This document shows, in pieces, positions 18,764-28,986 of a DNA stretch of 42,073 nucleotides (within the stretch, counting starts at the first letter, position 1; every line of letters begins with the position of its first letter). The DNA is from a virus (taxonomy: Duplodnaviria; Caudoviricetes), in IMG/VR virus record IMGVR_UViG_3300025848_000069, positions 1-42,073 of that record; one strand, given 5' to 3'. Below the pieces are notes generated by a model. That model ran no database searches, was not told where the DNA came from, and saw nothing but the letters and a program-made list of their open reading frames with translations. A program made the translations under genes and the position numbers.

Positions 18764-19257
18764 ACTGCCTCTCCACCTGGCAGCGTCACGTTGACGTGCG
18801 CTGTGCTGGAGGTATGCACACCGCCAGCGACCACGCACTTTGACGCATTTCCTGCATTTTGGATAGAGGAAACTCCATCGAATCTGCAACCAGACCACGC
18901 ACCTTTGCCGCCGCTGGCCACGGTCACAGTCTTCTGGAACACGCACCCATCGAACACCACAACAGCCGCTGCCGTGAGTGCAACCGTATCGGTAAACACC
19001 ACGCCGCGCACAATCACGTTAGATGCGATCGTCACTGGGCCAGACACGTTGGGCCAACCAATGCCATCGACGCGCGCCTCACTGCCCAGCGTACCGCCCT
19101 TATAAACACCGGGCGCAAGGATGCCGCCTTGAAACGGAGCGCCTGCTACCACCGGCTGCATACGCAGCACGATGTCGAATATCTGCTGGCGACTTTGCAT
19201 GTTGTTGAACTGCAAGTCGCTGATTGTTTTGTTTGGAAGCTCTACTTGCTGCGGCAT
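18760..19257 (-). CDS. short beta-helix virion protein
   Basis: Repeating V.F.G..F...V pattern (VIVRGVVF, VVFDGCVF, AWSGCRF) typical of right-handed beta-helices. Confidence 0.6.
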   Translation of the reverse strand: MPQQVELPNKTISDLQFNNMQSRQQIFDIVLRMQPVVAGAPFQGGILAPGVYKGGTLGSEARVDGIGWPNVSGPVTIASNVIVRGVVFTDTVALTAAAVVVFDGCVFQKTVTVASGGKGAWSGCRFDGVSSIQNAGNASKCVVAGGVHTSSTAHVNVTLPGGEAV

Positions 19258-19260
19258 GGC

Positions 19261-20004
19261 TCACCGCCCAGTTGGGTTGACTGCTTCAGGCAGCGATACC
19301 GGCACTTCATCTCGCGCACGTAGTTCGCGCTCACGCTCTTGCATCATGTTGCGCAGGCGCTCTTGAGCAATCTGCTTGTCGAGGTCAGCTTGCGTCGGCA
19401 TCTTCAAGTAGCCTTCTTTCTCCAATCCACCCAGAAAGCCAGCCATCCGCTGCTCCATGCCCGTGGGCTTGGTTTTGGGTGGCGTAACTTGCGCAGGCTT
19501 CTGGGCCGGAGACTTAAGCGGAGGCGGCACGGCTTCGGCTTTACGCACCGGTGCCTTGGCCGGCGGCTTAGGCTGCATGACCGGAGCGCGTGGTTCTTCG
19601 ATTGGTTGAACTTGCTTGCGCTCCATTCGGCCCACCAAGTCTGGATATTGTTGACGCAGCGTGCGCTCGGTTGTCTCTGGTTCCCACATAGGGTCGGTGG
19701 CTTCCAAGTCGAACAGTTGCGCAAACAATTGCCGCTCATGCGGACGAGCAAACATCTCTTCAAGCTTATCGAGGTCGGAGTAGTACTTGAAGCGATCTAC
19801 CGCTGGCCACTCGTTTGGATCGTCGGTTCTATACTTATCGGCATACTGATCAAACAGTTTGTTAGTTGCCTCATTAGAAGCTTCATATCGATGAACAGCG
19901 TTAGGCCCAAGCTCTTTGCGCAAGTGTTCCGCAAGCGACTCGCTGAACGGCAAGTTGCCACCGCTGCGCTGGTACCAACTCTTGCTGTAATCAGGCTCGG
20001 CCAT
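19261..20004 (-). CDS. hypothetical charged / Pro-Lys-rich protein (probable internal cargo)
   Basis: TAATG coupling to the nozzle gene; carries the IAQERL motif. Confidence 0.6.
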   Translation of the reverse strand: MAEPDYSKSWYQRSGGNLPFSESLAEHLRKELGPNAVHRYEASNEATNKLFDQYADKYRTDDPNEWPAVDRFKYYSDLDKLEEMFARPHERQLFAQLFDLEATDPMWEPETTERTLRQQYPDLVGRMERKQVQPIEEPRAPVMQPKPPAKAPVRKAEAVPPPLKSPAQKPAQVTPPKTKPTGMEQRMAGFLGGLEKEGYLKMPTQADLDKQIAQERLRNMMQERERELRARDEVPVSLPEAVNPTGR

Positions 20005-23000
20005 TACTTACCCCACCGCTGGCGCAGACCCACCTGCTTGATGGCAGCCTCGATGCGGCCCAGCTTTACCACTTCGCCAGGCGCATTCATCGTGCCGTGA
20101 ATCATCACCGAGCCACGCATACCCTTGCTGCCATCGGTCGTCGCCAGCGTATCGATTGCCGGGTCATCGATGAGCAAGTTGCCCTTGGTCGGGTCAACTG
20201 CATCGCCCCACCGAGCAATGTTATTAAACGTCTTGAGCGTCGGGTCGACGTAGATATTCGGGTCGCCTCCTGTGGTAGCCGGCACCATGCGCGGGAACGG
20301 AGACATGTCGTTCTGTGCGCTGTTGCCCGGTGGTACAGTCGCAAAGTCCAGCGCCTGTCCGCTCCAGTCGCGCCAATCCGTCGAGGTCGCGGTATTGAGC
20401 GGGCCGTAAAGCCAGCCCGGTACCACGTCGTCAGTGCCATTGCCCATGTGCATCGCAGTTACAAACAAGCCGCGCACCGTGAACTGGTAGCCGCTAAGCT
20501 CAAACTCGCGAGACTTCACCGCCCAGTCGACCGGCTGTTGCAAGTCAGCAAGCTGAGAGTATTGCACCGGATAGCGACCGTACTGCCAAGCGTACAATTG
20601 GCAGCCGTTGAAGTCCTGCCGCATAAACGTCGTAAGTTGCGGATGCAACGACAACGTGGAGTCGGTGCCCTTGTAGCGGAAGCCGATGTAGAACAGCACG
20701 TCAGGCCCAACAACACCAACGTTTAGCGTAGGCGCTGAAGTCCACGTACCGCCGGTTCCGTCGAAGTCAATCCGAATCTCGTCACCACCAGGCCCCTCAG
20801 TACCTGTGCCTGAGTTGTATACGCAGATTTGATGCGTTGCGTCATGCGTATTGGGTCTATAGCCCGAGATAGAACCAAGTCGCTCGTTGGGGAACAGCGC
20901 GGCAATCTCACCATACTGCGGGTCGCCGGGATTACCTGGCACGCAGATAGGTTCCCAGCGCGTGTTGTCGAACGTGAAGTGAAGCTTAAGAATCGTGGGT
21001 GGCGCTACCACCGAGCCGGTAGCGACAGGCCACCAGTATGTGGCTTCAGTCGTTGCAGGCGCACCACGCGGCGGCTGAAACCCGGCAGGCGCAACCACGG
21101 GTGGGCCGAGATAGAATGCGCCAGTGGTAGGATCGCCTGCCCACTCGTACATACGCCAACCACTCAGAGGTGTGCGCCAATCCTCCAAGTTGGCCGTAAC
21201 CAAGTTGGCGCTAGCGGATGTTTGAGTATGCGTGGCCGTAAACGAGCCGGCGCCAACCGTCATCAATGCTACTACAGCAGATGCTGGAGTACCCGCTACC
21301 TTGGCTACAGCCACGATGCCGGTAGGTTGGCCAATGAAGTCGTACTCAGGATCGCCTACAGCTTGAATGTCGTCGGCAAACTTCTTGTACGTGGCGGCAT
21401 AATCATCGTCAGGCTTGATGTTGTAGTTGTACGTGTTGACGCCGACCGTAATCTCGATCGTGTCAAACGGCACTACGTAACCAGAAAGCGTGCAGGTATA
21501 CACGTCAGTTCTGGCCGCATCCATACACGTCGACCGGTCGATCGCACCACCACGACCAAGCTTGAGCAGATAGCACGCTTTGTCCTGCACAATCTTGAGG
21601 TCTTTACCATCCATGTAGATGGTCTCGTCTGGGCCACCAACCAAGTACAAGTCGTTGCGCGAGGGTACCAGAGTCGGCGTGGCGATGTTGGCCAAACCCT
21701 GCACCTCTGCGCCATTGCCTGCGTGCGTCTTGAAGTACCACACGCTCCAACCATAATCGGTCGTCCAACACAGCGTGATGTCGTCGCATACGCAATACAG
21801 CACCTTGCGAGGATCATCCCAGCACAACCTGGCGCTCCGCATCTGCTCGCGCATATCAAGACGCGCAGGCAACTGGACGTTTGTCAAGCTGGTGGTGCCG
21901 TTGTGCTGGTAGTAATCCGTCAGCGGCAACTCAAGCGATTGCGGGTCTGCCCACAGCCGATCGATCGGACGCGACAACCACACAAGCTGCACACCGCCCG
22001 TCCACAAGAACACGCCGTTGTGGTCAACAAAGAACACGCCTTCGTTACCTACGCAATAAGCACGATTGTTTACGCAGCCATTGGTTAGCGAGATAGAGGT
22101 CAAACTGCCAACAGCAGCTGTGCCCGCGCTACCAAGCGCAGGATTGTATGCCCAGCACTTGCCGCCGCTAGTTGCGATGAAGACGCTAGAGCGCAGTGGG
22201 GCTACGCATGTGATCGGATCAGACGTAGGAACCACGTAGTTGCTATCGGCCAGCACCGCTTGCGGCATGTACGGGTCGGAGAACCAAAGCGTATTGCCAG
22301 CAGCGTAGATGACGCGATCTTCGTTCCAAGTACACTGCGCCGTAATCGTACCGATGTCGTTGGTCGTCAGGTAAGCGGCACCATCGGCAGCAGACAGAAG
22401 TCCTTCAGCCAAGTTGAGCGGAGAGAACGCGCCCTGCTCGCCCATGAATGGGCCAAGGTACGGTCGATCCAAGCTGTTGTTCTGCCGGCTCCACTCAATC
22501 GGGCAATCTACCGGGCGGTAAGTCCACAAGCCCATACCATCGATGCACACCACGATGTTGAACGCCTTGGTTCCAAACGCCACACCGGTCTGCATCGGCG
22601 CGAAGATGGCCCACTTCGGCTCTTGAGCAGGAATCGCCCACGTCGAATTGTCGTCGTCGTAACGAGTCGAGTAGTTAGGGTAGACTTGTGGCAAGAACTC
22701 TTTCTTCGCGTCCTGCTCATGCAGCACAAACTCAACCTTGCGATTGGTGTGCAAGTCGTGAACGATCGCAACGACGCCTGCCAAAAAGGTCGCGCGACGA
22801 CCATACATCGGCGTCAAGCCACCAACCAAACGAGGCCGGCCACCATAGAAGTCGCCTGTAAAGGCGTATAGCGTGTGAATCGAAAGAATCTGGTCGGTCT
22901 GCCAAGCGGTGCGAACGTTAGTCGCGCCGATGCATGGGCCTAGACCATACTTGTCCTCGTTGTATCGCCCATTGGCCAAGCTGGTGTCGTATTCGCGAAC

Positions 23001-23144
23001 CAAGCCAAAGCCTGGCCGAACCCAGAAGTCGCCGTTACGCGGGATGGTATTCTGGATGAACGGAGTGCCATCGGTGCGCGCATTGGTGCGCAAGTCCATG
23101 CCGGACTTCGGAGTTACATCTGCGGTTTTATCGATGTTGGACAC
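20004..23144 (-). CDS. tail nozzle / head-closure beta-propeller protein (P22 gp10 / T7 gp12-like role)
   Basis: N-terminal ..RPGF motif; propeller-like strands (RVIYAAGNTLWFSDP, GVFFVDHNGVFLWTGG); follows the adaptor. Confidence 0.7.
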   Translation of the reverse strand: MSNIDKTADVTPKSGMDLRTNARTDGTPFIQNTIPRNGDFWVRPGFGLVREYDTSLANGRYNEDKYGLGPCIGATNVRTAWQTDQILSIHTLYAFTGDFYGGRPRLVGGLTPMYGRRATFLAGVVAIVHDLHTNRKVEFVLHEQDAKKEFLPQVYPNYSTRYDDDNSTWAIPAQEPKWAIFAPMQTGVAFGTKAFNIVVCIDGMGLWTYRPVDCPIEWSRQNNSLDRPYLGPFMGEQGAFSPLNLAEGLLSAADGAAYLTTNDIGTITAQCTWNEDRVIYAAGNTLWFSDPYMPQAVLADSNYVVPTSDPITCVAPLRSSVFIATSGGKCWAYNPALGSAGTAAVGSLTSISLTNGCVNNRAYCVGNEGVFFVDHNGVFLWTGGVQLVWLSRPIDRLWADPQSLELPLTDYYQHNGTTSLTNVQLPARLDMREQMRSARLCWDDPRKVLYCVCDDITLCWTTDYGWSVWYFKTHAGNGAEVQGLANIATPTLVPSRNDLYLVGGPDETIYMDGKDLKIVQDKACYLLKLGRGGAIDRSTCMDAARTDVYTCTLSGYVVPFDTIEITVGVNTYNYNIKPDDDYAATYKKFADDIQAVGDPEYDFIGQPTGIVAVAKVAGTPASAVVALMTVGAGSFTATHTQTSASANLVTANLEDWRTPLSGWRMYEWAGDPTTGAFYLGPPVVAPAGFQPPRGAPATTEATYWWPVATGSVVAPPTILKLHFTFDNTRWEPICVPGNPGDPQYGEIAALFPNERLGSISGYRPNTHDATHQICVYNSGTGTEGPGGDEIRIDFDGTGGTWTSAPTLNVGVVGPDVLFYIGFRYKGTDSTLSLHPQLTTFMRQDFNGCQLYAWQYGRYPVQYSQLADLQQPVDWAVKSREFELSGYQFTVRGLFVTAMHMGNGTDDVVPGWLYGPLNTATSTDWRDWSGQALDFATVPPGNSAQNDMSPFPRMVPATTGGDPNIYVDPTLKTFNNIARWGDAVDPTKGNLLIDDPAIDTLATTDGSKGMRGSVMIHGTMNAPGEVVKLGRIEAAIKQVGLRQRWGK

Positions 23145-23147
23145 CGG

Positions 23148-24152
23148 CTACCTCTGGTATTCTTCGTTCACATACCTCGATGCCTTGCCAGTGCGCGACT
23201 GAGCGAAGAACTCCATCATCTTATCCATGCGCCGCCGCAACTGTGTCTCAAGCGACATGTTGGGCTGCGCTTGCTGAATGTAATACTGCTCGGCAGCCAG
23301 AAGAGCGATAATATCGTGGAACTGCGTTAGGTTGTCCACAAACACTGGCGTGGTCGACGAGATGGCCGACAGCCAGTTCACCGTCTGCGTAGGCACGTAC
23401 CAGATTTGGATCTGCCCGCTGACCGGCACGCTGAAGCGCAACATCTTGCCGTCTAGCCAATACCGCTGACCAGTCCACGCATAGTTCGACAGCATGGCCG
23501 CGCTGGCGTTGGGAATCTGGCCCAGCGTCTCCCAGCTAGTAGCCGGCTGGAACGTACCAAGGATGCCGTTGGACGCTTGACCGATGACAGAGTGAAACGG
23601 TGTGACCGTACCAGCACCCGCCAAGAAGGAGCAGGTGGGGATGATGAGCGACGGGCCAGTTGTGTACTTGGTGCAAGTAATCACCGGCCCAACGCTGGTC
23701 ACACTGTAAAACGGGTCAGCAGCAGCTAGTGCAGCAACACCAGCAGCAATGGTGACAAGCGTATCGCCGGGGAGAACAACGTAGTCGTAGTTCACCGCGT
23801 TGATCGTCAGTCGGCACGTATCACCCGGTGCCGGTGCGCCACCAAGCGTGAAGATCCAAACATCCTGCACACCGGGGTTGACCAGCGTAACGCGAGTCAG
23901 GCGGCTGGCCAGAGCCTGAGTCGGCGGGATGCCAGCATCGGTGTAGAACAAGATGCCGTCGAGATCGACGTTGTACTGACCGGTCAGAAGCGGCGGCTCG
24001 TAGTAACGCTCCCACACTTCCCATGGCGCCACATTGCGAAATTCCTCGTAGGCGATTTCAAGCATCGTCGCCTGCAAGGAATACGGCAGACGAACGACAC
24101 CTGGGTCGTCAATCAACTGCCGCATGTATTTCGCAATCTGTGCAGCGTGCAT
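23148..24152 (-). CDS. head-tail adaptor protein with inserted domain
   Basis: N-terminal IAKYMRQLIDDP helix and C-terminal FHDIIALLAAEQY helix typical of adaptors; downstream of the portal. Confidence 0.7.
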   Translation of the reverse strand: MHAAQIAKYMRQLIDDPGVVRLPYSLQATMLEIAYEEFRNVAPWEVWERYYEPPLLTGQYNVDLDGILFYTDAGIPPTQALASRLTRVTLVNPGVQDVWIFTLGGAPAPGDTCRLTINAVNYDYVVLPGDTLVTIAAGVAALAAADPFYSVTSVGPVITCTKYTTGPSLIIPTCSFLAGAGTVTPFHSVIGQASNGILGTFQPATSWETLGQIPNASAAMLSNYAWTGQRYWLDGKMLRFSVPVSGQIQIWYVPTQTVNWLSAISSTTPVFVDNLTQFHDIIALLAAEQYYIQQAQPNMSLETQLRRRMDKMMEFFAQSRTGKASRYVNEEYQR

Positions 24153-24155
24153 GGT

Positions 24156-24503
24156 TTACCGCCCGTACTTGCCGCCCATCACAGGCTCTTCATCCTCGAT
24201 CGACTCACCAAGACCTGGGTGCTTCTGAGGCATGCCAGGCTTGCCGATGCCAATCATCACAGCGATGCCCTTGGGACCACCACGATGCTCGCCGCCGAGG
24301 CCGGGGTGACCTTGGTGCCGCAGATGCTTGGGCGCCTCTTCCGGGGCCGGAGTCATCTCTTCGGTATCAGCACCCATCTCCTCCTCGTCCTCGTACTTGC
24401 CCTTGGCCATGTGCGCAGTCTTGTGACGAGCCGGCACCTTGCCCTTGGACTCATGCATCTTCTTGAGACGCGCCTTCGCCAAATCCTTCATCTCGTACTT
24501 CAT
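24156..24503 (-). CDS. small low-complexity charged protein (probable internal head protein)
   Basis: AGGAG RBS; MKDLAKARLKKM motif; HPGLG twice. Confidence 0.65.
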   Translation of the reverse strand: MKYEMKDLAKARLKKMHESKGKVPARHKTAHMAKGKYEDEEEMGADTEEMTPAPEEAPKHLRHQGHPGLGGEHRGGPKGIAVMIGIGKPGMPQKHPGLGESIEDEEPVMGGKYGR

Positions 24504-24511
24504 GGCTTCTC

Positions 24512-26524
24512 CTACCTGCTGAACTCATCCGCGCCTTCCGGTCGCGCATTGGCTACTTCAATCCGCCGCGTAGTATCATCGGCCGAGGTCGTCGGACCCG
24601 AGTTGCCTACAGCATTAGCGTTACCAGAGGGCGCACCCACCGGCTGCGGAATCTTCATCCCACCACCGCCGCCCGGAGCTTCCGGCGCGGGCGGGGTCAT
24701 CATCTGAAGGATGTCTTGATAGTAGGCATCCACCGCATCCTGCCGCTCAACAGGCAGCGCGTAGAACTCGTCCGAACGAATGAACTGGCTGACCACTTCC
24801 GCAAACACCGGGAAGTTGTCGTTGGAGTAGAACTTCACGGTCTTACGCATGACCGGCGTTCCATCCGGGTTCATCTGCCGCATGTCCTGAACTTCAAAGC
24901 CGTTGCGAATAACCGCATCCAACGCCTTCTTGGCGGTAACGTAATCGGCAATCGGCTTCTGCGGACGCAGCGGGTCACGATTGTCCTGAATCAGCTTGAT
25001 GGCCATCTGCGGCGTCAGAGCACCCATCTGGGCGAACTGCATGATGCGCTGCTGACGCGCTTCCACGTCTTCGCGGAACAGCGTGTCGGCCTCGATGAAC
25101 ACCTGCGGGTCTTGCGACAAGTCGCCGCTGCGGACCATCGTGCCAATCGCAGAACCATAACGATCGAACTGACGAATGAACTTGTCCTGCGGGTAGTACG
25201 CCTGCATGTAGAGCAAAGCGATACGCCCGTGTCGTTCCATTATTCGTTTGATGTTTCGCTTGGTAATACCGAACTGGACTTCGTCGTTGGAAACGATGGC
25301 TTCAACCGCTCGACCAGTAACGACGCCAGGTGTGCGCTTGCCCTGCGACGCGCCGTGAATGCCGGTCGAATCAGCAAGAGCAGAAGCAGCCGACGCCGGC
25401 AACTGCACAGCATATTGCGGCAGTGGCAACCCTTGCCAAGGCTGCGGAGCAAGACCTTGGCGATAGTATACCTTCTCACCCGCACGCGATGTAAACGCAT
25501 CTGGCGCAATCCCTGAGTTGTGCGGAATGAGAATCTTCGGATTGCTCATCAAACGAGCATTGGTGAGAATCTGGTTCCAGCTCGCGCTGTAGGCGTACTG
25601 ACCTGGGAGCGCTTGCTCCACCAGACCCACGCCCCAGAAGTCAAACGGCACGCTGGTGTACTTGTGAATCTCCAGCGGCATACACCGCTGCGGAGTCCAG
25701 CCAGACGCCAGCACAGCACCGCCACTGCCGCACATCAAGAACCAGTGTCCGCTGCGGCAGTAGACTTCCAGCACCTCGATGCGGTCAGGCGCCATGCGCT
25801 GATAGCCGCTCCACCAGTTCAACTGCTGAAGCGGAGGCGGCGCCTGGTTGATGACATCTTCCTTGTCCGGGAACTTCTGCTTCAGCTGCGACTTGGTGGT
25901 CACACGCGACACAGCAAGGAAGCGGCTATCCTCCGGCTTGGCGATAGCGGGTTCTGCGCGAATGCGGTCGGGGCCAAACACTTCGGGCTTGAGGTTGTCG
26001 CCATCCATGACGGCCAGCATTGCGCTGGTGCCAAACATGATGGCCCAATCAACCATCTCCATCGCAGCGTAGGGAACCTCACCACGACGGCAGTAGTAGT
26101 CGAGCGCCTGCTCATCGGCGGCAGCTCGCATCAAGTCTTCAATCGCATCGCTTGCGGAGTACGCGCCCCACGACGGCTGGGTCATTTCAAGACGGGCCGA
26201 GGCATTGCGGAACTGCGGCAGCGTGATGTTGAAGCTAACGTCACGCACACGATTGAAGTACGCCATTTCCATGCCGGCGCGAATCACAATGTCGCTGGGC
26301 GTGTAGGCGCGGAAGTTTGTAATCACATCGCGGCACAGCCACCAGAGGCGCTGCATGGGCGCCATCTCGTTGTAGAACTGGCTGCACATGCGGGCGATCT
26401 CCGGCGGCTTGAGCGACGGAGGATCGTTGGGGTCGTTCCAATCGTATTCGATTGAACTCTTGGGAGACTCGGCAGGATTCCAGAGTTCGCTCTGCCGATC
26501 GTCAATAGTGAGGGACGTTTGCAT
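24512..26524 (-). CDS. portal protein
   Basis: 670 aa; podoviral portal-like motifs (FWGVGLVEQ, ARLMSNPKILIP, STGIHGASQG, TGRAVEAI); acidic/Pro-rich tail. Confidence 0.85.
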   Translation of the reverse strand: MQTSLTIDDRQSELWNPAESPKSSIEYDWNDPNDPPSLKPPEIARMCSQFYNEMAPMQRLWWLCRDVITNFRAYTPSDIVIRAGMEMAYFNRVRDVSFNITLPQFRNASARLEMTQPSWGAYSASDAIEDLMRAAADEQALDYYCRRGEVPYAAMEMVDWAIMFGTSAMLAVMDGDNLKPEVFGPDRIRAEPAIAKPEDSRFLAVSRVTTKSQLKQKFPDKEDVINQAPPPLQQLNWWSGYQRMAPDRIEVLEVYCRSGHWFLMCGSGGAVLASGWTPQRCMPLEIHKYTSVPFDFWGVGLVEQALPGQYAYSASWNQILTNARLMSNPKILIPHNSGIAPDAFTSRAGEKVYYRQGLAPQPWQGLPLPQYAVQLPASAASALADSTGIHGASQGKRTPGVVTGRAVEAIVSNDEVQFGITKRNIKRIMERHGRIALLYMQAYYPQDKFIRQFDRYGSAIGTMVRSGDLSQDPQVFIEADTLFREDVEARQQRIMQFAQMGALTPQMAIKLIQDNRDPLRPQKPIADYVTAKKALDAVIRNGFEVQDMRQMNPDGTPVMRKTVKFYSNDNFPVFAEVVSQFIRSDEFYALPVERQDAVDAYYQDILQMMTPPAPEAPGGGGGMKIPQPVGAPSGNANAVGNSGPTTSADDTTRRIEVANARPEGADEFSR

Positions 26525-26556
26525 GTTTTCTGGTCCCTACGATACAGACACGGGCA

Positions 26557-26585
26557 AGATTACACCATACCCGTTTCGCTGCCAA
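26557..26585 (-). promoter_or_regulatory. putative sigma70-type promoter upstream of the portal
   Basis: Minus strand TTGGCA-17 nt-TAATCT. Confidence 0.55.
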
Positions 26586-26599
26586 CATTAGAAAACTAG

Positions 26600-27010
26600 C
26601 TAATAGCCATAATCAAAATCGGACAGGTCGGCGGTGTTCGGGTTCTCTGCGGTTTCCTTTAGAGCTTTTGTTACGCCGGGCATTTTGAACTCGTCGTAGC
26701 CTTTCTTAACCATACCAGCAATGCCTGGAATTTGTTTGGCTTCTTGAAGATTTGGCGGTGTTTCGGATGGCGATGCGGTAAACGCGCCAGCAGCTCCACC
26801 CAAAAGACCGCCAATTGCTGTTCCAACTGGGCCAAATGAGGAGCCAAGACTGGCTCCGCTCATGGCGCCCTTCACGGCACCGAGTGTACGATCAGTTCCC
26901 GAAGGACTGGCTGGCTTAGCATTCTTTTCCGCAAGTCGCCGATTAGCGATGTCGCGGCTCAGACCTGAGCCAGTCCAGATGTCTTCGTCTTCATCGTACA
27001 TCGGTGCCAT
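26600..27010 (-). CDS. glycine-zipper protein (probable internal/ejected protein)
   Basis: GAVKGAMSGASLGSSFGPVGTAIGGLLGGAAGAF GxxxG array; GGAGG RBS; IANRRL motif. Confidence 0.65.
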   Translation of the reverse strand: MAPMYDEDEDIWTGSGLSRDIANRRLAEKNAKPASPSGTDRTLGAVKGAMSGASLGSSFGPVGTAIGGLLGGAAGAFTASPSETPPNLQEAKQIPGIAGMVKKGYDEFKMPGVTKALKETAENPNTADLSDFDYGY

Positions 27011-27032
27011 GAAGGGCCTCCACGGTTTTTAC

Positions 27033-27548
27033 TTACGCGCCGATCACATCGACGTAAACGGTGGCCTGGCAGTTGCCGCCACCCGCCTTGGTCGCGGTCA
27101 CCTTCAGGGTCTCGCCAGCGGCGAGATTGACGGTCCAGCCGGGCTTCGCAGTGAGCTTGTCCTCAAGAGCGAAGACCTTCTCGTTGACTTGCAGGTCCAA
27201 GTCATAGATCACGCTGGTGGTCAAACCGTCAGCCGACACCTTTGAGATGGTAGCCAAGTCGCCAGCCGCGCCATTTCCACCAGTCTTGAGGGCGCGAATG
27301 CCCTTGATGATGAAGTTGCGAGGCAGAACCTTCGAAATCACCGTGGCATCCGTGTTCGCCTGAAGGAACATGAACGACGCAGTGCCGCCGGGGATGTCGT
27401 CGGTGGCCGGGGTCGCCGAGAAGAACGTCGACACGTCGGCGGCAACACTGCCGGCAGCGGGCTGCTGGTTGTCGCCATAGGGCGAGCCAGTCGGGGTAAA
27501 GTTGTCGGTCTTAAGATAACCGACCACACAGGGCTTTTGAGTAGACAT
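27033..27548 (-). CDS. capsid decoration / minor capsid protein
   Basis: Immediately after the MCP; strong AAGGAG RBS; beta-rich, T/G/A-rich. Confidence 0.65.
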   Translation of the reverse strand: MSTQKPCVVGYLKTDNFTPTGSPYGDNQQPAAGSVAADVSTFFSATPATDDIPGGTASFMFLQANTDATVISKVLPRNFIIKGIRALKTGGNGAAGDLATISKVSADGLTTSVIYDLDLQVNEKVFALEDKLTAKPGWTVNLAAGETLKVTATKAGGGNCQATVYVDVIGA

Positions 27549-27579
27549 AGTTAAATCTCCTTAGAGTTCAGAAGTTTGG

Positions 27580-28977
27580 TTAGACCGGCGCGGCGATGCC
27601 GACCAGAATGCCGTTGCTCAGCGGCTCGGTGCAGACCTGCTCCGGCATCAGAGCGCGGGTCGCGCCCCACTGAGTCTCGCCCTGAAGCTTGACCAGCGGA
27701 TTGCTGCCCGGACCGTTGACGCCCAGCCACACGCCCTCTTCCTTGCCACGGTACAGACGCTCCCACGACTCGTACCGCATCGCGATCGCGATGCCGTCCG
27801 GGCAAAGCTCCGAGCACATGATCGGAACCTTGCTCACGCCGTAACCCGAATCGTTGTCCTCTTCCGAGGGCAGCGCCGGGGTCGGGTCCATCTTCTTGAC
27901 GGCCTCCTGCGGCATGACACGCATGTGGGCGTCGAGGGTGCCGATGAGCGACTGCGGCAGCGCGTTCATCGTGTTCCACGACATCCAGGTCGCAGTCGGA
28001 CGCTTACCGCTCTTGGTGCGGATGGCGCCGTACAGCTTCAGGAACTCGATGGTCGACAGCGTATCGCCGCCCTGCGCGTTCGTGTTGTTCACGATCGCGA
28101 AGTTCGAACGAATGCGCTTGGTCAGCGGGTCCGTCAGCGAGCGGTCATTGCCGAAGTGGATCGGCTGGGTCAGGTTCGAAATGGCGCCGGTCGGGTCGCC
28201 AACGAACGCACCCACCGGGTCGCCGTTCGGATCGAACACGCACGGGGTGTCAATGTTGTCGCCCGAGATGGTCGCCGCATTGAACGCCTGCGAAGCCGCA
28301 CCCACCAGCAGAACCGCGCACGGCACGCCAGCCGGCAGGGTCGACGTGTCGATGTTGGCATTGACGGTAATGGTCGACGGCGAGATGCCGGTCAGCGTGC
28401 GATCCACACCAACCTGCTGGTAGGTGTCGAGGCGGATGAACCGAATCTGGTTGTTCGGGTTCACCACGATGTCGTCGAACCGACCATGGTAGCCGTAGGT
28501 GGTGATCACATTACTGTGCTGCCACACCAGACCAATCGGCGAGCCAGGCGCGTTGGCGCCCACACCCTGAAGGCCACCACCACCGATGAACGCATAGCGC
28601 GTCATCTGCTTGGCGATGTCGTTCAGCATGTTGTCCAGTTCGTCCGCCGGCTCAACAGCCAGCGAACCCTTGACATCTTCCGCCGCCAAGAAGCCCAGCA
28701 GATCGATCTGGCAGCGAGCCAGAACGGTCTTCGACTGGACAGTCAGGCGCAGGAAGCCCTGCTGGCCCGGCTTCGGCTCCACGTTGCCGATCGTCGAAAC
28801 CACCGAGCCGTTACGCTTGACGCGCAGGCCGATGATCGCCACGTCGCCCGACCACGAGCGACCCTTCACGGGCAGCTTCGACCAGAAGGCCGTGTCGGTC
28901 TGGAGCAGATTGTGAATCACCTTGTCGGTGCGGTCGTTGATCAGAACCGCAGCGATGGTCTGAAAACTAGCAGCCAT
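27580..28977 (-). CDS. major capsid protein
   Basis: 465 aa after the scaffold; strong codon bias and AAGGAG RBS; HK97-like pattern (DELDNMLNDIAKQMTRYAFIGGG; C-terminal QVCTEPLSNGILVGI). Confidence 0.85.
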   Translation of the reverse strand: MAASFQTIAAVLINDRTDKVIHNLLQTDTAFWSKLPVKGRSWSGDVAIIGLRVKRNGSVVSTIGNVEPKPGQQGFLRLTVQSKTVLARCQIDLLGFLAAEDVKGSLAVEPADELDNMLNDIAKQMTRYAFIGGGGLQGVGANAPGSPIGLVWQHSNVITTYGYHGRFDDIVVNPNNQIRFIRLDTYQQVGVDRTLTGISPSTITVNANIDTSTLPAGVPCAVLLVGAASQAFNAATISGDNIDTPCVFDPNGDPVGAFVGDPTGAISNLTQPIHFGNDRSLTDPLTKRIRSNFAIVNNTNAQGGDTLSTIEFLKLYGAIRTKSGKRPTATWMSWNTMNALPQSLIGTLDAHMRVMPQEAVKKMDPTPALPSEEDNDSGYGVSKVPIMCSELCPDGIAIAMRYESWERLYRGKEEGVWLGVNGPGSNPLVKLQGETQWGATRALMPEQVCTEPLSNGILVGIAAPV

Positions 28978-28986
28978 TGCAACTCC

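Noticed and set aside
20829-22088. 419-aa plus-strand ORF and similar long ORFs opposite the structural genes
   Set aside because: Shadow frames of real minus-strand genes in GC-rich DNA
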